A stretch of DNA of 64,000 nucleotides, taken from positions 1-64,000 of the forward strand of contig JAPMXV010000036.1 of assembly GCA_026936335.1 (NCBI GenBank). Direction: 5' to 3'. Position numbers and translations under genes: made by a program. The notes under the pieces were generated by a model. The model saw only the letters and a list, made by a program, of their open reading frames with translations. It did not search any database and had not been told where the DNA came from. The stretch comes from Mantamonas sphyraenae STR306. Lineage: Eukaryota > Protista > CRuMs. This document shows, one piece after another, positions 25,401 through 35,600 of this stretch. Numbering within the stretch: position 1 is the first letter of the stretch; the number at the start of each line of letters is the position of its first letter.

Positions 25401-28400
25401 GAGCAGCTCAAACCCGAGCTTCAAGCCGCCGTCGCAAACACGGAACAAGTCCTCCTGCAGATTGCAGAGACTCGCTTCTCCCTCGATGAGCTCAAAACTG
25501 CACAGGACAAGCTCGACCACGAAGTTGCCAGCATGGGCAGCGACGCAAAGGAGCTCAACCACGTCATCAACGAGGCCATCGACGCTGCCGTGCCCAAGTT
25601 CAAGAGCAACGTCCTCGCCCTCCAGAACATCACGCGCAAGGAGATCGCAGACATCCGTCAGAACCCACAGCCTCACCCTCGCATGACTCTCGTTCTCGAG
25701 GCCCTCTGCATCCTCCGCTCCGGCGGTGAATGTTCCAGCCCACCCACCTACTCCGAGATCCGCACCATGCTCAGCGACGGCAAACTCATGCGCTCCCTTC
25801 TCCACCTGGACAAACAAGTCGACCCCGCCGTCATCGACCGCCTCTCGGTCTACGTCAAGATGAGCGAGTTCAAGCCCGAGCTCCTCACCAAGGTCAGCAA
25901 AACGGCAAAGGTCCTCCTCACCTGGATCCTCGCCATCTACAGGTACAACGTCGTCCTCATTCAGCTCGAGCCCGAGCGCAAACGGCTCGCCGAACTCACC
26001 GAGCGCCAGGCCCACGAACTCGCGCAGAGCGAGGAGCAGACCACGCGCGTCAAACAACTCGAAGAGCAGCTCGAGACCCTCGTCGCAAAGCATGAAGAGG
26101 CCTTTGAGACAAAGATTGCCCTCGAACAGCAGATGGCCGAGGCTCAGACACGTCTCGAACAGGCCGAGCGGCTCTTTGACGCCCTGCAGACCGACAAGCT
26201 GGATTGGACCGAGCGTCGCAACGACATCCATGCACGCTTGCGTTCCCTCACGGGCGACATGCTGCTCTCTGCAGCCTGCATCGCCTACTTTGGCCCACTC
26301 TGCGAAAACCACCGCGTCGTCCTCCTCGAGCGCTGGAAGTCCACGCTCGGCGGTCTTGGCGTCAACTACAGCACCGACTTTTCTCTCCTTCACCACTTTG
26401 CCGACGATCTGCAGGTCAAGGGCTGGATGAAGGGTACCCTGACGCAGGACACCCAGTCGCAAGAGAATGCCATCATCATGAGCCACGCTGAGCGATGGAA
26501 CCTCATCATCGACTCGCAGAAGCAGGGCATCGACCTGCTGCGCACCATTGAGGCCGGCAAGGAAATTGTCGAGGAGCAGTATGACGCCGCGGGCTTTGTC
26601 AACACCCTGCGGCATTGCGTCTCCGCTGGCAAAGTCCTCGTCGTCTACTACTCTGGAGGCCCCATGCACGCTCAGATTGCGCACGTGCTGAACCGCTCCT
26701 ACTATCGCGAGTACGACCGATTGCTCATCGACTTTGGCGAGCGCACCATCGAGTACCACCCGGACTTCCGCCTCTACTTTGTCGTGCAGAGCTGCAAGCC
26801 CGACTTTGTGGGTGACGTTGCCTCCCTTTTTGCCGTCACCGACATGAGCGTGGACGCAGGCCGTCTCGAGGAGCTGCTCCTCGACAAGGTTGTCCACAAG
26901 GTGCACACAGACTCGCAGGCTTCCCTCCGCCAGGTGTTCACCTACATCTGGGACGTGTCTGCAAAGCTGCAACGCACCCGCGACGCCGTCCTCGAGATCA
27001 TGGCCAACCACAAGCACAACATCCCGGGCGACCAGACCGTCGTCGACACCATTGTCGCTCTCAAGCAGGCCGAGCGTGAAGACTTTGCACGCCTGGTTGA
27101 GCACAACCAGGCTCTCACCGCCATCTTTGCCAAGCGCAACACCCTGCGCCCTGTGGCCCAGCGTGCCGTCAGTCTCTTTTACGTCTGCATGGAGCTGGAC
27201 AACTGGGACGCCATGTACCAGTTCGACCTCCCCAGCTTCCTCAACCTCTTCACCCAGACCTTTTCCGTCACCCAGCGCGCAGACAAGGTGTCCACGCTCG
27301 TGTCCACCATGAACCGCGAGTTTCTGCTGCTCCTCTACAAGCAGGTGTGCCGCACCCTCGGCTCCGCACACAAGTTCCCGCTCTCTCTTCTTCTCGCCCT
27401 CGTCAGCGAGATGCACGAGAAGCAGGTGACACACGAGCAAGTTGCATTTCTACTCACTTCCCACGAGGACGCTCGCACGGACTACCCCGACGACAGCGAG
27501 TGGCACCAGCGCCTTGACGATCTCAGCTCCCGCAACACGTGGCTCCCGACACACGCCTGGGCCCAAATCATGGCACTCTCCGAACTCGACGGATTCGCAC
27601 ACTTTGACCAGGACTGCGACAAGCTCAGCAAGGCCTGGCGCGACGTCCTCGCCCACCCGCCCAACCAGCACCGCAAGTTTCCGGGCCAGTGGCGCAAGCT
27701 CAGCCCCATGCAGACCCTGCTCGTGAACAAGATCATGCAACCCGAACACTTCACCACAGCCACAGAGGTCTACATCAGCACCACCATCGGCGCCGCCTTT
27801 CTCGACCCGCCCGAGTTTGAGCTGCAAACCCGCGACTCTGGTGCCCTCCGGCCCATCCTCGTCACTCTCTCGCCCCAGTGTGACGTCCTCACCGAAATCA
27901 CAAAGCTGGCCGAATCTGTGGACATGGCCACCAAGCTCCAGATCCTCAGCATGGGCGAGGGCCAACAGGAAGCTGCACGCGACGCCATCTCCCTGGCCAT
28001 CGACCGTGGCAAGTGGGTTGTCCTCCACAACTGTCACCTTGTCAGCGACTGGCTTCCCGATCTCCAGCGCATTGTCGCCGACATCCCGCCCTCGCGCGTC
28101 GTAAACAACTTTCGACTCTGGCTCACCACAGAGCCCATGTCCTCCTTCCCGCCCGACCTGCTCCAACGCTGCGTGAAAATGACGCTCGACACATCACCCT
28201 CCCTGCGCTCCAATCTCGTCCGCTTCATCAGCATCAACCGAGACCAGTTCAACTCGCTCTCCAATTCGGAGCCCTGGAAACGCTTGCTCATGGGTCTGTT
28301 TTTCCTCCACGCCCTACTCCTCGACCGCACCCGCTATGGAACCATGGGCTGGAGTCGCCCCTACTTTTGGACCGAAAAAGAGCTCCAGCTCAGCGTGCAA

Positions 28401-29912
28401 CTCATCCAAGATCACGCCAGCCACGCCCCAGACCCAATCGACATCCCGCTCGAACTCATCCGCAACCGCCTCATCCACCTGGTGTACGGCACTGCCATCA
28501 CCAGCACCGACGACCTCACCATCCTCTCCCAGCTCGTGCGTCGCATCATCAACAGCGACATCTTTGAACCCGATTGGTCTCTCGCCGGCCATCCCAAGTT
28601 CACCCTCCCCGAAAGCGGCCAGTTCCGCCAGATGCTCACTCACGTGCGCTCCTACCCGCTCGAAGTCCTTCCTCAACTCTCTGGCCTCTCGCCCAACGTT
28701 GCTCGCCAGGTCACACGCAAGCAGACCACCGACTTGCTTGAAGATCTCAACAGCGTCCTCCCTGCCTGGGCTCGCCACGGCGAACGCGTCGCAAGCTTCC
28801 TCGAGCCCCTTGCTACCCTCAATTACATGAACAGCCAGGAGCAACGATGGAAGCTCAAGAGCGAGGCCATGACCACCTCCTCCTCCTCCTCGGTCTCTTC
28901 GGCCGCGTCCTCCTCCTCCTCCTCCTCCTCCTCCTCATCCTCTTCATCCTCCATCGCCATCTCTGCCGCCAGGCTTTCGCGCTCGGTCAGCATCGAAGGA
29001 CTTCAGGCACGCCACCCTGAGGAGCGTGTGCTGGACATCCTGCACGGCCAGGTTGGACGCAACATGGTCGGCTTCTGGGCAAGCGAACTGCCAGAGCCAA
29101 TGGACGAAAAGGCAGCCCTCGAGACGCTTGGCGACAACCTGTGGGCACCTGTGCTCATGCGCGAGATCGAGTTGTACAATGGCACGCGTGTCAGTGCTGC
29201 ACGCGTGCTCGTGTGTCTCGAAAACGCCCTCCTTGCCGTCGTTGCCTTTACCCCAGAACTCGACCAGGCCCTCAACGACCTGGCCAACAAAAAGGCCCCC
29301 GCTGCCTTCCTCAACGCCTCCGAGTTGCCTCTGGACGCCTGGTTTGCGCGCTTGCACCGTCGCCGCGCCGCCCTCGAGACGCTGCTCCACGACACCTCCT
29401 CCTGGCCCATTGGCAACTTTGAAAGCCCCCGTGCACCTCTGGGACTCGCCTGCCGCCTTTATGCGCAGGCCAACAACATGCACGTCGACCAAGTGTACCT
29501 TGCCCCGACTATTCTGGACGACCAAGACATCGAGCAACAGCTTTCCTCGTCATCCCTCCAGACCCCGGGCACCATGGTCATCCACGGCATCCGCCTCCAA
29601 GGCGCCGAGTACATCGATGGCATGCTGGTGGAACAGGATGAATCGTCTGGCTCTTTGGACTCCACACACGCATTTCCGCGACTGCTCCTCCAGCCAACCA
29701 AACGCGAAAACAAGGACCAGCACGCGCACCTTATCGACTGGCCTCGTGGCAAGCTCAAGCTCAAGGCCGATTGCTACCAGTTTGAGTGTCCCGTGTACCG
29801 AGATTCTGCGCGAGACCAAGTCCTCTTCCGCCTCCCGCTACTCAGCAACACCGAGCCGGAGGTCTGGTCCGAACGGGGCGTCGCCATCCTTCTCGACCCA
29901 GAGACCGAATGA
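16434..29912 (+). CDS. Divergent axonemal dynein heavy chain with DNAH1-like N-terminus (~4411 aa after removing probable intron 16878-17120)
   Basis: DNAH1-type N-terminal block (YLPLDAFD...WVSRLNLLFDGED...FFIDSLP); linker motifs LRNPGLRRRHW and KKRMQFPRFFFLSNNELL; P-loops GPAGNGKT, GPAGAGKT, GQEGTGKT, GSRGSGRR; stalk/MTBD, AAA5, AAA6 and C-terminal CPVY...WSERGVAILL. Confidence 0.93.
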   Translation: MSSRKPVQSLGTLEERQLRGMQRLHEHQRNVATTLAKNQRIRSFEERTASSSSSSSSTTTTTTSSSSSSSSNLTTTSSSLPPIGSGAAVSQTSTAAALVRKPRNRKHKSTRSPTRINTKAALGMHPKPYPSRSRIGPHAFNTGTDTPNVRPLPPATNRPTPHAPPLPTPSSASTRHPSTLPAHPALPTPSPFPPTLPDPLCLSLPSYSPTRFPIISQPLPLHPPPLPTQFRAELRKRTQTVQKHLGANLPAPYASLMSLELAEEPEEDPQSRFNCSPRPMLVGPVFSLSQDSTSLRNYKRTLSHLGHSTTNPSSSSTANPSTTTTISSSSSSSSSSTSPSEAPFNTTTSSTHHQYLPLDAFDMPDSSLRSPQEIQAMTPGSHDPPLPAVSKYFAPDGSFTWNPCAVHAYDPDRRLFRIRWTATAKKKWVSRLNLLFDGEDRQLFDRRVDLAQQLRDDSERHMRIFFFIDSLPHERSLLMTDAQLDHIADLATATLPSSLTITDSFYHEVQTFHERSQQLAILVFNVRNNIDPHIYADLGIQDSFPPPVVPLYAKLPLSHFRTPYATVQRAIADNLLHARANLLATIQGIYTICESIKDTSLIVASFDAPVRLDHFMSAQQANHIKVQQILRNQWQQAVIACIQRNLDDQLEVGRHIQDLLEDQLVHRANHDLPALDRDQLLVGQRLNALLKLISLIQEDVLFLLTRRSLLAFRSLFTNALAPVDAPVEHSSTPLHHTFAHIGVSSPRNPFLRIQLTVDDVQPTLLPNLLDVTDDILTACDDIFSLIADIPRVDGYIKQDGALEHLTLRYESPHSTLATQVRSDVQLAIREGFAQLDQFLHSLDKYKPLLQLQKQIHVYTRDIESEKPDLDHLVHLIEQHRATDADIHQNVPNFLYFGMIVLETLPFKQSLHAIVDNLVQSILSVLWKQAKSDCATLADDFNAMNNRLKKQPKDAEEWGDLMAYVYDVDDLLQALQLRIDAMLAKYDTLEHYQFPISPNEFKTRWKIFAWPKHIHLRVGKTLKHLENTEHGFLEVLKQSKRNLQRQLTSLDGEVAEIPMLTDIAQADEYVTRLKALDKQINSCAATARDTNRQEHLFKIDLTDYSHVDRLKDQLQPYLDLWSLVANWSRNHSTYIYGRFDKLDPVQIQTHVSSSLETLDSLQRLLAGKHGPMTVINAVRQDIRDFSKYLPLINSLRNPGLRRRHWERLQAETGLPLGANIDIALEGFIEQYDFDPHMRTIEKISDVAAEEYKVELYLDEMSREWNNVYFDMEPYRSTDALVITNADAVLGIVEDQITRLHTMLIDVHAKEHTTAIRDLEAQLSRTADTIDEWIRCQTQWQYFHPIFKSSDMLESMPGEARRFAAVDSKWRRMMYSASRDRKVWFLATADRLQTLRSYNSTLEQIMHGLAQYLDKKRMQFPRFFFLSNNELLSLLANVDPRACQPHLRKFFAGIHSLVFQSASAEQITRINEQKAKAKAAVAAFASSSSSSSANSPRTPLKIVETDTDGEMVELDDLDLAPQSPALLIAEDTQEKPQHLHLALAMSSNHGETLNFLEPVPADNEEEKWLTGVESQMQDTLNYLLLKAVNAYPRQDSTQAFLKWITGKPSQVVRVALSIVWTRTIEDILSSSRKTGLPYLAQQITDKIDALVQHRATLRDHSRHDIETVIIHAANYVDIVRRLADAGIADIADFAWQRNLRYYVSQKACFVTQLDTRLEYGYEYLGAASRLVLTPLIHRAHLTLTNAIQECSAGALVGPAGNGKTEVIKDLANAVAKQVMVYSCSQDMSYQTVSNFIKGVIASGVWACLDDFDRISQQVMSVMAQQMADVQRAYFKNLYRVTLPGASGAILDITVGRNDRLAIFATLSPDQSSHRTTLPQNLRALFRSVAMVSPDHTHVIQTLLLAKGFRHGPVLARKVVWLMHNMVHQLPFHAHYQFTLRDALALIRTAARELPSFQGDDTLAQELTLVGLTLVRMLTPQLLPTHEAHLLDMLGALFGLDALQDNSGLRTELANALVQAATDAHLEPVPTFIQNAVQLNDALQSSSGVILCGPAGAGKTTTLETLARVLDVRLVRLSPAALHYHQLFGHAGTNDWKDGLLARILRGATNTWVLFDGPIDRHWADSLNSLLDNTALVCLANGERVLLDPSVRIIFEVDDITHASSSTLNRTATVHIDPAVLAPVHILRHWLRTGGLHVPEALHPLLTDTHLTVIVDAIRWFRANCPATIQPLSDAVLTASVLRMVQCLVAEHASEWSALDKGQNAAADTLGHILFVAIVWSIGCNVSAQHRGAFDKHMRALARSLDITLPNDDQSVFEYRFDPALEAIKPVNFDFVVKEYTSTPAALHSFVPTMDLIQYMHHVKLLLRNGFPVMLAGQEGTGKTTILKHLLNYCMPEQYVPWSISLTARSNVTTLQSFMNAQLQRRVKGVYGPEIGARLVIYADGVNMPRASDAPSSSNPQPPVELLRQFLQERGWYDDATLAHKTVDDVQLVCSMTTPAPNAPESGDQSLSPRFLRHFSLLTLPQPSSANLARMYGTLFKSFLSRNAFKEQVVNFADRIVIATVELYTHINQQVVDDQLANQWFSSALSMHHLAQVFHGLMLANVTSSNSIEEVVSLWIHECRRAFCDRLTSPAARDVFASALDRILETNFGVRTKKSFMYTNFMSDSRAKYERVNDIGLVASRLEHFVDEFNAENHMPLQMRMFNTAIQHVARLSRALALPDGHAFLLGSRGSGRRNCIRLTAALAKMPIYEAPSDPAEWTELLRKVLRTAGVEQQHVILSVDEESIPSTAAWDDIVSILASGDCPQIWMPADVEYIQRSLEGAVAKLNLPKKAWMVRDYFTHKVRRHLHIIVTMTPSERLAHHLRTFPTITNVCYTDWYDEWPDKDLQFLVDRQLLPLQLDQAVHHSLSAAAIQFHTEAIATDTIHVRAHLENSTNLITHRHFIDLLKLFVVHLRRKSNELAVRDKALNVAMQRFQVLEELVKELEQKQEQLKPELQAAVANTEQVLLQIAETRFSLDELKTAQDKLDHEVASMGSDAKELNHVINEAIDAAVPKFKSNVLALQNITRKEIADIRQNPQPHPRMTLVLEALCILRSGGECSSPPTYSEIRTMLSDGKLMRSLLHLDKQVDPAVIDRLSVYVKMSEFKPELLTKVSKTAKVLLTWILAIYRYNVVLIQLEPERKRLAELTERQAHELAQSEEQTTRVKQLEEQLETLVAKHEEAFETKIALEQQMAEAQTRLEQAERLFDALQTDKLDWTERRNDIHARLRSLTGDMLLSAACIAYFGPLCENHRVVLLERWKSTLGGLGVNYSTDFSLLHHFADDLQVKGWMKGTLTQDTQSQENAIIMSHAERWNLIIDSQKQGIDLLRTIEAGKEIVEEQYDAAGFVNTLRHCVSAGKVLVVYYSGGPMHAQIAHVLNRSYYREYDRLLIDFGERTIEYHPDFRLYFVVQSCKPDFVGDVASLFAVTDMSVDAGRLEELLLDKVVHKVHTDSQASLRQVFTYIWDVSAKLQRTRDAVLEIMANHKHNIPGDQTVVDTIVALKQAEREDFARLVEHNQALTAIFAKRNTLRPVAQRAVSLFYVCMELDNWDAMYQFDLPSFLNLFTQTFSVTQRADKVSTLVSTMNREFLLLLYKQVCRTLGSAHKFPLSLLLALVSEMHEKQVTHEQVAFLLTSHEDARTDYPDDSEWHQRLDDLSSRNTWLPTHAWAQIMALSELDGFAHFDQDCDKLSKAWRDVLAHPPNQHRKFPGQWRKLSPMQTLLVNKIMQPEHFTTATEVYISTTIGAAFLDPPEFELQTRDSGALRPILVTLSPQCDVLTEITKLAESVDMATKLQILSMGEGQQEAARDAISLAIDRGKWVVLHNCHLVSDWLPDLQRIVADIPPSRVVNNFRLWLTTEPMSSFPPDLLQRCVKMTLDTSPSLRSNLVRFISINRDQFNSLSNSEPWKRLLMGLFFLHALLLDRTRYGTMGWSRPYFWTEKELQLSVQLIQDHASHAPDPIDIPLELIRNRLIHLVYGTAITSTDDLTILSQLVRRIINSDIFEPDWSLAGHPKFTLPESGQFRQMLTHVRSYPLEVLPQLSGLSPNVARQVTRKQTTDLLEDLNSVLPAWARHGERVASFLEPLATLNYMNSQEQRWKLKSEAMTTSSSSSVSSAASSSSSSSSSSSSSSSIAISAARLSRSVSIEGLQARHPEERVLDILHGQVGRNMVGFWASELPEPMDEKAALETLGDNLWAPVLMREIELYNGTRVSAARVLVCLENALLAVVAFTPELDQALNDLANKKAPAAFLNASELPLDAWFARLHRRRAALETLLHDTSSWPIGNFESPRAPLGLACRLYAQANNMHVDQVYLAPTILDDQDIEQQLSSSSLQTPGTMVIHGIRLQGAEYIDGMLVEQDESSGSLDSTHAFPRLLLQPTKRENKDQHAHLIDWPRGKLKLKADCYQFECPVYRDSARDQVLFRLPLLSNTEPEVWSERGVAILLDPETE

Positions 29913-29958
29913 ATGGACAACACAACACGTGCATACATACAATCCACTGTCCATTGCC

Positions 29959-32467
29959 TTATCCACGCAAGTCCTTCATCTTGTCCACAGCCGCATTGCG
30001 CAGCCTTTCCATCTCCCGCGTCACTTGCGTCCAGCCCTTGTGCACGGGCACGCTCACGCCCGCGTCTCCTGGATACGTATTCGTCAGCAGCTGTGGATAG
30101 AGCAGTTCCGGCTCGCGCTCGACTTCAGCGAGCGGAATGCGGTCCACAAGCAGCCGGCCGCCACGGCCGATGCGCCTCACAAACACATACTTGCCCCGTC
30201 GGCCCACTGTCATCTCGCTACCCAGCCGCATCGCGTCCAACTCGCTCATCATTGGCAGCACACCCTCTGCACGCCGTTTGCTCTTCTTGTCCACCCATAA
30301 AGTGCCATAATCCCGCCGCGCGTCCAAATTCCTCACCGCCAACGGGTGATCCGCGTCCAAAGGCGGCACCCCATGCACCGTCAGCCCCTGCCACAGTGCA
30401 TCCTCATCTTCCCACTCTTCCGACTCTCCCCACTCGTCCCCACTGCTCCAGCTTTCGTCCTCGCCCTCCTCGTCTCCAAACAGCGGCTCCTTCCGCCCGA
30501 TGCGCGTCCGCTCCATCTCCAACGTGTTGCCTCCGTCGCCGTAGATGTCCATCACATTCAGTGTGTCGCTCTCGTGCGCCAGCTTCCGCAGATGTGACGC
30601 CGTCTGCATGTACAGCTGCCGCATCCGCCGCTGCTCCTCCTTTTCTGCCTCGATCAGCCGCTGCTTCTGTTGCAGCTTGTTCAGAGACACCAGCAGTTCA
30701 TGCTGTTTCATAGCCGCCACCTTGCGTTGTCGTGCAAGCTCCTCTGCTCCGTCCACACGCTGCCTCTTTGCAGCGTTCTCCTCCTCCAGCGCCGCTGCGT
30801 CCCGGCTTCCGCTCTCCTCTTCGCTCTCCTCGCGCTCTCGCTTACGTGCTTCATTGCCCATCGCAGCCAGCTCAGCCTTGCGTGCTGCCTTGCGCATCCT
30901 GTGCCACCTCGCCCCAGTTGCCTTGTCGTGTCAGTTGCCCCGCGTGTTTTCTCTCTCGCCTTCTCGTCGCCTCTCCCCGCTCTCGTTCTCGCTCGCTCAT
31001 TCATCAGCAAACCTACGCCCTCTTCTCCGCTGCCAGTCGCTGTGCATCTTTCAGCCTCAGCTGGCACTCCTGCACTTGCAGGTTTGCCAGCGACCGCTTG
31101 TTCTCCTCACGCATCTTGATGCGGTTCACAAGCGCCTTTACATCTTCCAGCTCTTGCCGCATCTGCAGCATCCGTTTGTAGCTCTTTAGATCGTTCTTGA
31201 TCTGTGTGTATGTGTCCATGGCACGTGTGCATCCGTTTCCGTGCGTACACTCTCCCGTGTCAGCTGTGGTCGCCCCGTGTTCACTCTCGCATTGGTTCCT
31301 GATGATGCAGCCTCGCTCTCTTTCCGCGCCCCACACACCTTTTTGTCCGGATCGATGCGCGTGCGGAACGCTGCGTACGGACTCTTATCGTCCAGACCTG
31401 GTTGTGGCTGTGCTCCCGTGTGTGTCCATCGCCCGCGTGCATCCGTGTCAGTGCCTGCAGCAACCGAAGGCCTCTCGAGGCCACCCTGTCCGCCCTCGAA
31501 AACCCACCCTGTATGCCACAATGAGCGCCATCCCCTTTTCCTCACGCAGCCCCTTCCATCGCTCAAACGCTGCCTCAATGTGTTCGGGTTCCCCATCCAG
31601 CTGCATGCGCTGCACGTGTTCCAGCCCGATCACCACCGAGTTGTCACTCGTCTGCTTGTAGTTCGCCTTTTCGAACCGGTCCATGTACAGCTCCAGTGCA
31701 TCCGCGCTCATATGCCGCCTCGATCGACCCCCGCCACTGTTGTACTTCTCCAGCCACGCCAGATCCTCCTCCTCCAGGTCGTATTCCACAAGGTCTCGCA
31801 ACCACGAGTTGATCGCTGTCAAATCCCCCGCGTCAGCCGTCCTCTCGTCGTTTCCCCTTGCCCCCCCTCAACTCTCCCCCCACACACGCCGCCACCTCCT
31901 CCGCCACCACCACCTTCAATGCCACTTTGTCTCACCTGTCCCACTCATCCCCGTCTTTCCTTCCCTCCTTCTCTAAACCCACCTTTCGCTTTGATGTACG
32001 GCTTCTCCCCACCCACACGCTCTGCAAAGTCTTCCGGCGTCTCCTGCGCATACGTTGCACGCATCGTCACTCCCGGCACCGGGATTTCCTTCCCAGCTTC
32101 GTTCAGTGCCTCTTGCAAATGCACCTCCTGCCCACAGCGCCCGCTTTGTGTGAGCCACACTCTGCTGCGCCTGCAAAACCTTCGCCCCACCTTCGCCCCA
32201 CGCAATCATATCCCATGCACGCCTTCCTCATTGGGCCCCTCTCGCCCCACCCACCTTTTCCTCTTCCTGGTCCACGCCGCTCTTGATCTCTGGGATGGTC
32301 ACTTCGGTTTCCTCCAGCCGTCTGGACCGCCTCCGCCGCAGTCCTCCATTCTCCTCCGACGCCACGCTCCCGGTGTCGTCGTCCTCCTCTCCATTGTCCC
32401 CGTCTTCATCCTCGATTTTGATCACCAGCGCCTTTTCGATGTCCACCTTGAACCGGGTGCTCGACAT
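29959..32467 (-). CDS. EPL1: Enhancer of polycomb-like protein (NuA4 subunit, ~619 aa); exons 32467-32255, 32127-31983, 31815-31508, 31407-31339, 31201-31017, 30898-29959
   Basis: The spliced product gives EEEKEVHLQEAL, IPVP, VEYDLEEEDLAWL, LELYMDRFEK, SPYAAFRTR and KNDLKSYKRMLQMRQEL...IKMREENKR, matching EPC-A domain motifs. Five GT-AG introns, total CDS 1860 nt. Confidence 0.88.
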
Positions 32468-32639
32468 CCTGGGAACGCGCGAGGATTGTCTGGCCAACCC
32501 TGCGCTCGCACCCCATCCATTGCCATCTCCGACAACACATCACCCACTTCTCTTTGCAAACCACACCCCCTCAAAACTCCCCTCAGTCCTTCCACCCCTT
32601 CCCTCATTGGCTCCGCCAACACCGCCAACACAAATCCCG

Positions 32640-35600
32640 ATGTCGCGAGTCGGCTTTGCCTCCTACTCCGACGACGACGACGACAGATACGGCTCCGGGT
32701 ACGGAGGAGCTTCGGACGACTTTCTCTCCTGGGCCGATGTCCAAGACGAGGAGGATCTCTTTCGTGTCGTACGTCACCTGCAAATCCAGCCGTCCCGCCT
32801 CCTTGTCCTCCGCTCACACCTTCCACACATGCCATGCCTTGGTCCACCCGTGTCGTACACCCTCCCCGCCCTCCCCCGCTTCCAGACCGACCTCCTCGTC
32901 CTCGAAGAGGGCAAGGCCAACGTGGACGACGTCGAGGACCTCCAGGACGACGAGGCCGCCAACCAAGACCCTCTTGGCTGCGGGTCAGTTTCCCCCCAGC
33001 CCACACGCACCATCCACCACGTACACCACCCCATCCTGACCCTCACCAATTCTCCTCCCACACATGTCTCACCCTCCCGCCACAGAAATGTCAACGTCAT
33101 CACTGGCATGCGTACCCGCAGCAAAACCTACTTCCGCAACATGAAAGCCGCCGGCGAGAAGAGTACGTCCACATCTTCCACCAACCCTCCAAGCACCCAC
33201 CCTCCCCCACCCACCCACCCACCCTAATCCCTCCTCTTTCCTTCCCTCACACACTCCACCGTACCTCTCGCTATCTCTCCAGGCGTCATCCCCACAGACG
33301 AAAACTTTGATGCCACAAAGTACCTCCTCGAAGTCCACCGCACCACCCCGTACTCCAAGCTCAAGAGCGGTGCCGTGCGTCTTCGCTCAAAGGCCGAGTC
33401 GCGCAACGAGCAGCTCAAGCACCTCGTAAAGTCAAACTTTGACCAGTTTATCGACTGCAAAGACTTCATCGACGAGATGTACGACCAGTTCCGCGACGAG
33501 CTCCTCGTTCGCTACGAGGCCAATCAACGCACCTTTGACAAGCTCCACTCCGAATCCGACCTCCTCTTTCAAGAAATCATCGATCGCAACGACGACATCA
33601 AAAACAAGCGCCGCGTCCTTGCCATCCTCCAGCGCTTCTCCTTCCTCTTCAACCTCCCCGCAAGCATCCGCGAAAACATCAAAAAGAAGGATTATGACCG
33701 CGTTGTCCGCGACTACAAAAAGGCCCAGTCGCTGCAGTCCCTGAAAAAGGTATCCCTTTTCCAGAAGCTCCTCGACGAAGTCGACCGCCTCGTTGCCGAC
33801 TTTCGCGACCACCTCTTCCACGAGCTGGAACACCCGTACCACGACATGGACACCCACAAGGGTGTCATCTCCTACCTTGTCGACCTCAACGCCGAAAACG
33901 ACCCCAAGTGGCACTACCTCCAACTCCAGTTCCAGTGGATTCTCGGCCTACTCGAGCGCTGCAACCAGGAGCACGACGCCCACATGGAGATCCTTGCCCA
34001 GAAGGTCATGTCCAAAACAAAGTCTGAAGAGCGCTACCGCCTCCACGCCGGCAAGGGCTCACGCGACCTCATGCGCCAGATGATCCAGACCGCCCTCGAA
34101 GACCAGGTTTTCAATGGACTCCACACAAGCAAACTGCTCGGCAAGCTCACCGCCATCCTCGTGCACACCCTGCCCCAGTTTTGGGAGATGAAGTCGTACG
34201 AGCCAGAGCGCAGCGCCCTCTATGCAAACGACATCAGCGCACACACCACAAAGAGTGTCATCAGCAACGAAGAGGTGCGCAACTGGATCCGCAAAATCCT
34301 CAAGAGCTACGTCGCCAAGGTCCGCGAGGCTTTCTTTGGTGACCCCGAGCAAGACGAAGACGACTCCTTGCAGTCTCTTCCCCTCACTGAGGCCGCTCTC
34401 ACTCGCCGCGACAACCTTGCGCACACTTCCGCAGGCGCCTCCGCCTCCACTTCCCACAGACACGCCCGCAGCAGCAGCAGCGCTGTCAACCAAGTGTCTG
34501 CGCACACAGCCTCCTCCTCCTCCTCTTCTTCCCCCTCCAACACGCCTCCTGCCTCTACCACCGATATCCCTGTCGCCACACCTGTGACAAGGGCCCGAGG
34601 TGCCGCACGACCCATGTCCGAGGCCATTGGCGCACAGCAGCTCAAGGCCCTCCAGGAAAACCTGGGTCAAGCCAACGACAGCGCACGTGGAACAAGCTCA
34701 CGCTCACGTCGTCGTGGCATCTCCAATCTGTTTACACGCCGTGGAGACTCGCCCAAGGTCGACCTCGACAGCCTTGACCAGACCGGCGAGGCCGAACCCG
34801 CCGTCGCCTCCCCTCCCCCGGCCCTCGTTGTCACAAACGACTCCATCACACACACCAGTTCGCCTGCAAGCGACATGACCGGGCGCGACCATGCTGCAGG
34901 CGCTGAAGAGACCAGCAACGACTTTTACGCAACCATTGCTCAGAAGCGTCTGCAGGCCACCGAATCCCCAAGTATTGTCGATCCCATGTACGCACGTGCG
35001 TGCCTACAGGAGGTCATGCGTTGCGACCAGCTCATGCGAGACCTAGACATCCCTGAAAACCACTACAAAGAACTGCGCGACCTCAAGGCCGAAATGACAG
35101 AGTGCTACGTGTCAGACAAGTTTTTCATCACCCAACAAAGCCTGCTCAGCCTGGCAGACAGCATGAACCACGAAATTGTCGTCCGTCACGACAACGAGGA
35201 CCAGTTCCTCTTTGCCTCCGAGACCGAGCGCCAGACAAAGGTCACCCAGATGCTCCTCGACTTTGAAGACATCATGGAACGCTTTATGCAAGACATGAAG
35301 GGCATGGTCGATCCCGAGGACAAGGACCTCGTCGCCACCATCAACCGCAAGTTTTACGACTTTATGCGCATCCTGGCCGACGGCATGCACCAACAGGGCA
35401 TGCATGACCTCCCTGCGCGCAATTTTATGCACATTCTCGAGCAGCGCAACATGCCCGCCGCCGGCGAGCGCTCCGCCTCCCTCCTCACCTTCTTTGGCGG
35501 CAACCCGTTCTCCAACGCACGCGGCCGCAAAGTCAGCCAAGAGTCGCGCATCCTTCTCTTTATCAACAACTGCTGGTACCTGCGCATGGAGCTTCTCAAC